A stretch of DNA of 24,000 bases, from contig CBDCJY010000018.1 of NCBI GenBank assembly GCA_965217985.1, forward strand, positions 32,634-56,633, given 5' to 3'. The position numbers were made by a program, and so were the translations under genes. A model generated the notes under the pieces. The model was not told where the DNA came from. It saw only the letters and a program-made list of their open reading frames with translations, and ran no database searches. This DNA is from Pyrinomonadaceae bacterium (lineage in GTDB: Bacteria; Acidobacteriota; Blastocatellia; Pyrinomonadales; Pyrinomonadaceae). This document shows positions 18,929 to 24,000 of this stretch, piece by piece. How positions within the stretch are numbered: the first letter of the stretch is position 1; each line of letters starts with the position of its first letter.

Positions 18929-19735
18929 TCAAGATTCGTTCAAATAATTTGAAACGAATAATTCCTTGCCGTTTTGGTCGGAATTTTCGGCGACGTTTCT
19001 CATGCCATATTTTAAATCAAATGGAACTATGCGGGCGAAGGAAAATAAATCTCGAACATAATCGCTGTCGTCGTAAGTGATGAGCCATTTGTGCCAACAG
19101 GTTTTCATAGTTTCCGCAAATTTGATGTGGTCGAATGATTTATGCAGATGTCCGTTTTTGCCGTAAAGCGCAGATTTTGTTGCGGAATGATACGGCGGAT
19201 CGAGAAAAATGAAGACGTTTTCGCCGTCGCGTTTTACTAATTCTTTGTAGTCAAAATTTGTGATCGTCGTGCCGTTGACGACATCGGCGAATTCGTTTAA
19301 TCGCTGAATACTGCTTTCGGTAAATCTTCCCGTAAACGCGCCTTCGCTGAAACCGCCGCTCAGACTTGTTCCCGAAAACGTGATGCGGTTGTAAATAAAA
19401 AATGCCGCCGCACGTTCTAAATCGTTAAAACCTTCAAGATTTTGATTTAGAAATTTGTGCAGTTCTTTTCCGATTGGGAATTGCTCGCGCCATTCATAGA
19501 TTTTTTCGATGAGCGCGTCAACGTCTTTTTGCGTCATTTCCCAAAACTTATAAAGCTCAAAATAAAGATCATTCACCCAAAATTTTTTGTTCGGAAAACG
19601 CTGCTTCGCGTAAACGAAAACCGAACCGCCGCCGACAAACGGTTCTCTGTATTCGTCAAAATCGGGAATCAGCGCGGAAATAAATTTCACCGCCCGACTT
19701 TTTCCTCCGGGATAACGCAAAGGGCTTTTTATCAT
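18929..19735 (-). CDS. Dam-family (D12 class) N6-adenine DNA methyltransferase
   Basis: 268 aa with N-terminal PLRYPGGKSR, motif I EPFVGGGSVF, and motif IV FLDPPY. Target specificity cannot be read from the sequence. Confidence 0.85.
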   Translation of the reverse strand: MIKSPLRYPGGKSRAVKFISALIPDFDEYREPFVGGGSVFVYAKQRFPNKKFWVNDLYFELYKFWEMTQKDVDALIEKIYEWREQFPIGKELHKFLNQNLEGFNDLERAAAFFIYNRITFSGTSLSGGFSEGAFTGRFTESSIQRLNEFADVVNGTTITNFDYKELVKRDGENVFIFLDPPYHSATKSALYGKNGHLHKSFDHIKFAETMKTCWHKWLITYDDSDYVRDLFSFARIVPFDLKYGMRNVAENSDQNGKELFVSNYLNES

Positions 19736-19792
19736 TTTGAAAATTTTAACTTGACGACGAATTTATTCTCAATCTTTTCGTTGAAAAGCAAT

Positions 19793-19830
19793 AAAAAAGG
19801 ACGAAGCCAAAACTTCATCCTTTTTATTTT
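19793..19830. terminator. intrinsic terminator after the nuclease-like gene; second copy of the 14.7-kb hairpin
   Basis: AAGGACGAAG (19797-19806), loop CCAAAA, CTTCATCCTT (19813-19822), flanked by an A-run and TTTATTTTT. The single mismatch is C-A on the plus transcript but G-U on the minus transcript, so the hairpin is intact for the minus-strand operon that ends at 19869. Confidence 0.6.
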
Positions 19831-19868
19831 TGCTATGAACGAATATGAATTTCCTCAGATGAGTCTTT

Positions 19869-20537
19869 TTAAGGTGTGCCAATATTTTCGATGAAATCAA
19901 ACATTAGATGATATATCTTCAATTCGTCGCCGTTATTGTCTAAGTGAGTTGAATGATATTGGTAATCAAAGTTCGGTATGAAAGAATCTTTTGTTAAATA
20001 TTTAGTTGTGACTGGCGTTCCAAAATCTTTTAATAACTTGTTTATTTTTTTTGTGTTTGAATGAATATCCATTTTCTCAACGATAAATCCGATCATACCG
20101 TTTACTCTGTAATGTGAAGCATAGTAATTTGTGGTAAATCGAGACATTCCGTGTTCGATATATTTTGCGTTTAATCCACTTGTGCCTTTTGTAGCTTTAA
20201 TATCTAATCTTTTACATTCTATAATATAATATGCTTCTGTATTCTCAAATGTGTTGTGTGAAATCACTTTAATGTCAGTTCTTCCAACGGTTGAATCCTC
20301 TAAAGCTTCTCGTATGAAATACCAATGACTGAGTTGTAGTTGCTCCTTTAATTTATTGTTATTCAGATATTGTAAAAACATCACATCTCGGATTTTATTC
20401 TCATCATTTACTACAATGATATTGTCTGACTTCATTAGCCTATAGCAAAGTGTGATTTTTGAGAGCAAATCTTCAAAGCTCTCTTCGTAGAATACTACCG
20501 AATTACGATAAATTGTTGCGTCTAACTTATCAAACAT
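19869..20537 (-). CDS. PD-(D/E)xK restriction-endonuclease-like protein
   Basis: 222 aa. FIREALEDS...VGRTDIKV(x14)YYIIECKRL gives an E...D...ExK arrangement with spacing typical of the restriction-endonuclease fold. The start ATG (20537-20535) overlaps the stop (20532-20530) of the upstream methyltransferase gene within ATGTTTGA. The call rests on this motif only. Confidence 0.5.
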   Translation of the reverse strand: MFDKLDATIYRNSVVFYEESFEDLLSKITLCYRLMKSDNIIVVNDENKIRDVMFLQYLNNNKLKEQLQLSHWYFIREALEDSTVGRTDIKVISHNTFENTEAYYIIECKRLDIKATKGTSGLNAKYIEHGMSRFTTNYYASHYRVNGMIGFIVEKMDIHSNTKKINKLLKDFGTPVTTKYLTKDSFIPNFDYQYHSTHLDNNGDELKIYHLMFDFIENIGTP

Positions 20538-23500
20538 ATGCCTTGTGGGATTTACCTGCGGTCAGAATGGCATCCATAAATTCGCTTACGTCCAGATGTG
20601 CCATTGCCTTATGCCAAAGTTTTTGCTCATTTGGTCTGATAAGATAAAATCCATCTTGCTCAAACCCTCTAATGTCCTTTTGAACAAAGAGTCTGTCAGT
20701 AATTCTTTCAGTTCCGATTGAAATTAAGAAATTAAGAATAGATGCGCTTTCTTCTGTTTTTAGACGAAACGGAATTCTATCAAAATCGTAGGCGACTGTT
20801 TTAAAGAAGAGACCAATTATTTGTTCGGAGTATTGAATTTCAACTGTTAGCTTTTGATTCATTCTTTCAAAAATAGGATTTAGCTGGTTGAAAAATATGT
20901 TTACATATTCTCCAAGTTCCAAACTATTAGAGGCTAAAGGCTTGAACAAATCTTCATAGCTATCGTGTTTCATTATTATCGGAATCGTTACATTAACAGA
21001 ATAATCGAGAATATCCTTTTCCATTTCAGAAAAAGAGAAAGCAGAAATTACGGCAGAATCTAATTCTTTAATTTTCCTATCAACTTCAAACAAAGTATTT
21101 GAAGCAAAAATCCGTAATTCAGAATGTTCTAATATCTTCAAATCATTGATAGAAGACACAACAGATGCTATTTCAATACTTTCAATAAATGGGACAGTAA
21201 ATTTCTCAGAGTCATGTGATTCTTCACGTTCGATTCCTAACGAACTGAAAGTTTGCAACCCATAATATGAAAAAAATGAGGAATTCAATATTCCGCAAAT
21301 TGATTTGAGTAGTCCAATATTATCTGAATAACTCTTTATTGCCGTTAAAGAACTTCTAAATACTGCGTCTTTCTCATTTACTGCTGATACTGAACGAAAT
21401 GAGGTGTCATTTCCTCCAGTAATTAAGACAACGGGAGCTTCAAATATCTTTTTAACATCTTTCTTTGGTCTATGTGCTGTTTTTAGTTTCCACTTATTTT
21501 CAGGATTGGGATTTACCCAAAACGATTCAATATCTTTTCTGGTGTTAAGAAATGGTTTGCCAAGCAAATGAGCCGCGTCATTATTATCTCCGCCACCAAC
21601 CATTACTCCTTGCTTAGCAAGAAATTCAGTTTCGTCGGCAATTATATCGCCGATAGTAAAATATGAATGCTTATCTTTTAACCGTTTTATTAAATTGAAG
21701 TCTAAATAACTACCGTAAACTAAAATTTTCCACAGATAATCATAATCTTTTAAATTTTTCTGAGATACTTTTTTATAGTCGCCTCGATTGATAGTAAATA
21801 CCTTAAACATCGAAAAAAAACGGCTTGGCTTTAGCGTAATATGTTCGACAGTATTTTCATCAGTATTTTTATTTTCAGAGTATTGATAAAATAAAACCGC
21901 AGGTGGACCAATCGCTTTGTCATTCGATTTGTTAAAAACTTCTTTTCTTACAGGAGCAAGTTCAAGTATTTTCCTGATCGAAAATCTGTCCAACAAATAC
22001 TGCCTAAATCTTTTAGCTTTATCACTTATATTGTAAAAAATCTTGCTTGTTACGATTAAACTAATGTTAGTTTTAGGCGATGAAAAGTCACTTGTTCTTA
22101 ATACGAATGCTTGAGCAATCTCGGCATTGCTAATTTCAATTTTCTTCTCTCTGTTTTCCTTTGCCTCTAATTTTTTTCGGTTGTTAATATACTCGACAAA
22201 CTGCGGCTTTTTATCTTTTCCTTTCCCTCGTTTCCACGGCGGATTTCCCAAAATAAAATCAAAATTTACTTCTTTAAAATGTTCATTGAATTTTGCGTCG
22301 GTATCAAAAAAGTCTGATACGAAAAAATTGTTCTCAAACAAAAAAGGAAACTTGAATGTTTCAATGTCAGAAGGTTTCTGATAATCCAAAAGCGTTAAAT
22401 AAATGGAAAATATGGCTACGTTTACGGCACTTCTATCTTTATCTATTCCAAAGAGATTATTAAACGCAAGATTTTTTAATTCCTCTTTGTATTTAGCTTT
22501 GTTTTTTGAGTAGTTTGGGTTAGATTTTTGATATTGTTCTATAATTTTTCTGAGCGTTTCTACCAAAAAAACTCCTGATCCGCAGGCAGGATCAAGAACT
22601 TTGCAATCGAAACTTTCTTGCTGCTGAAATTTTTTCTCAACGGTTTCGGCAAGAATATAATCAACTAAAAACAGAGGTGTATAATAAGCACTTTGTTCTT
22701 CCTGTCCGACTTCACCGATGAAAAGCTCGTAAACATTGCTGATAAATTCAACCGGAATAATTGAAAAATCATAAAATTCAAACAAAGACTTTTGACCTGT
22801 AGATATGTAATCACCGGAAAGTAAATCTTTGATTACCGATAAACAATCATCGGATATTGAAGCAAATTGTTCTTCTGAAATCGGAAACAAATCTCCGTTG
22901 AATTTTCCCGTGAGATATTTGAAAAAATCTTCAAATTGCTCTTTATTGGCTAGAACTTCGCAAAATTCTTGATTTGTCCATTTTCTTGATTTGCCCTTTT
23001 GTTCAAAATCTAGTTTAACTTCTCGATCTATCAGGTATCGAACGAAAATTACTTTGCCGATGAGAGAATTCGCAAGTTCCGATGAGATTAACTTGTTAAT
23101 AAGAACATCTCGTGTTGCTTTAATATTAGACAAAAGATGAAAGTCAATCCTATTTTCCGAATCGAAATCCGATTGATATTTCTCCCAAGTTTTACCTATT
23201 ACCAAGTTGAAATAGTTAAAGTCGTTTAACTTTTCTTCTTTGCCCAAAAGCCGCAGAGTGTTTTGTTCAGTAAGGAATTGAAAACCGTTATAAATTTCTA
23301 CCGAATCTTGTTGAACTATTATAACAATGGGTGATTCATTAAAATTCCAAATTTCTCTAAGTTTAGCTTTTTTGTTTCTTAAGTTTTCAAAAAAAAGGAT
23401 AAATGGTTTGTTATCTATACAAAAAACTGCGTCCGGCTTAATGACGTTTGTTAATAGTTTTTCTATGCGGTTTGAGAAAAATCTTTTTCTGTTATCACCA

Positions 23501-23607
23501 GAAAAAAAGAGACCATTCTCCTTAGAAAGGTTCAATTTTTCCAGTATTTGATTCAGATGACTCAATAGTTTTCTCCTCTGTCGCATAATAATAACATTAT
23601 TTTGCAT
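20530..23607 (-). CDS. large gamma-class N6-adenine DNA methyltransferase of the Eco57I / type IIG / PglX-like kind
   Basis: 1025 aa with SAYYTPLFLVDYIL (aa ~305), motif I VLDPACGSGVFLVE, FGIDKDRSAVNVAIFSIYL, and motif IV FILGNPPWKRGKG. A C-terminal region of about 550 aa is a presumed target-recognition/helical region. The N-terminal ~130 aa has a nuclease-like strand pattern (KPDAVFCIDNKPFILFFENL) but no clean ExK. Confidence 0.8.
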   Translation of the reverse strand: MQNNVIIMRQRRKLLSHLNQILEKLNLSKENGLFFSGDNRKRFFSNRIEKLLTNVIKPDAVFCIDNKPFILFFENLRNKKAKLREIWNFNESPIVIIVQQDSVEIYNGFQFLTEQNTLRLLGKEEKLNDFNYFNLVIGKTWEKYQSDFDSENRIDFHLLSNIKATRDVLINKLISSELANSLIGKVIFVRYLIDREVKLDFEQKGKSRKWTNQEFCEVLANKEQFEDFFKYLTGKFNGDLFPISEEQFASISDDCLSVIKDLLSGDYISTGQKSLFEFYDFSIIPVEFISNVYELFIGEVGQEEQSAYYTPLFLVDYILAETVEKKFQQQESFDCKVLDPACGSGVFLVETLRKIIEQYQKSNPNYSKNKAKYKEELKNLAFNNLFGIDKDRSAVNVAIFSIYLTLLDYQKPSDIETFKFPFLFENNFFVSDFFDTDAKFNEHFKEVNFDFILGNPPWKRGKGKDKKPQFVEYINNRKKLEAKENREKKIEISNAEIAQAFVLRTSDFSSPKTNISLIVTSKIFYNISDKAKRFRQYLLDRFSIRKILELAPVRKEVFNKSNDKAIGPPAVLFYQYSENKNTDENTVEHITLKPSRFFSMFKVFTINRGDYKKVSQKNLKDYDYLWKILVYGSYLDFNLIKRLKDKHSYFTIGDIIADETEFLAKQGVMVGGGDNNDAAHLLGKPFLNTRKDIESFWVNPNPENKWKLKTAHRPKKDVKKIFEAPVVLITGGNDTSFRSVSAVNEKDAVFRSSLTAIKSYSDNIGLLKSICGILNSSFFSYYGLQTFSSLGIEREESHDSEKFTVPFIESIEIASVVSSINDLKILEHSELRIFASNTLFEVDRKIKELDSAVISAFSFSEMEKDILDYSVNVTIPIIMKHDSYEDLFKPLASNSLELGEYVNIFFNQLNPIFERMNQKLTVEIQYSEQIIGLFFKTVAYDFDRIPFRLKTEESASILNFLISIGTERITDRLFVQKDIRGFEQDGFYLIRPNEQKLWHKAMAHLDVSEFMDAILTAGKSHKAYV

Positions 23608-23873
23608 GCAATTTCACAGATGAAACAAAAAAACTTTACCATAACTTGTTTTTTACTTTAAATTCAAGTAGACAGAGTTTGCACCCACTGAATTATAAAT
23701 GTTCTCGCTTAGCTAACATCTGTAAATATTTTTACCATTCTAATTTACGTTTTAATCAAAGTTGACTAGAATAGCGTTAATTAACTATTGTCTTTAATTG
23801 ATTTGTGTTTTAAACGCCAACTGTTATTCGGCGAGCAAAATTAATTCGATAAATATAATAATTCAAAATATGA

Positions 23874-24000
<127 letters not shown>

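Overview
This is a bacterial chromosomal window that I cannot assign to a taxon. It is moderately AT-rich but CpG-rich in the core genes, and most genes lack a clear Shine-Dalgarno sequence.

Gene order, left to right:
- A partial GHKL-type ATPase gene, AT-rich, open at the left edge.
- A small secreted protein gene.
- Minus-strand pair of large signal-peptide proteins: an orphan of about 689 aa and an alkaline-phosphatase/NPP-superfamily enzyme whose catalytic core is split by a very large insertion.
- A terminator-bounded three-gene radical-SAM module on the minus strand: a 653-aa zinc-ribbon radical SAM that looks like the Tes/MJ0619 family, a 70-aa poly-acidic ORF, and a 303-aa second radical SAM.
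- A 448-bp AT-rich divergent control region.
- A 756-aa mosaic beta-helix surface protein.
- selO.
- A minus-strand oxidative-stress run: hypothetical, DUF1810, katG and a Fur-family (PerR-like) repressor with a perfect 7-1-7 palindrome upstream.
- A Dam-family methyltransferase gene.
- An AT-rich, CpG-depleted island carrying a 1025-aa gamma-class N6-adenine methyltransferase translationally coupled to a 222-aa PD-(D/E)xK nuclease-like protein.
- The 5' end of the monomeric isocitrate dehydrogenase gene.

I saw no rRNA, tRNA, CRISPR array, transposase or integrase.

The two best candidates for something new are the radical-SAM module (6.7-10.1 kb) and the split methyltransferase/nuclease island (19.7-23.9 kb). 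All family assignments rest on motifs read by eye and on memory of those families. No database search was run.
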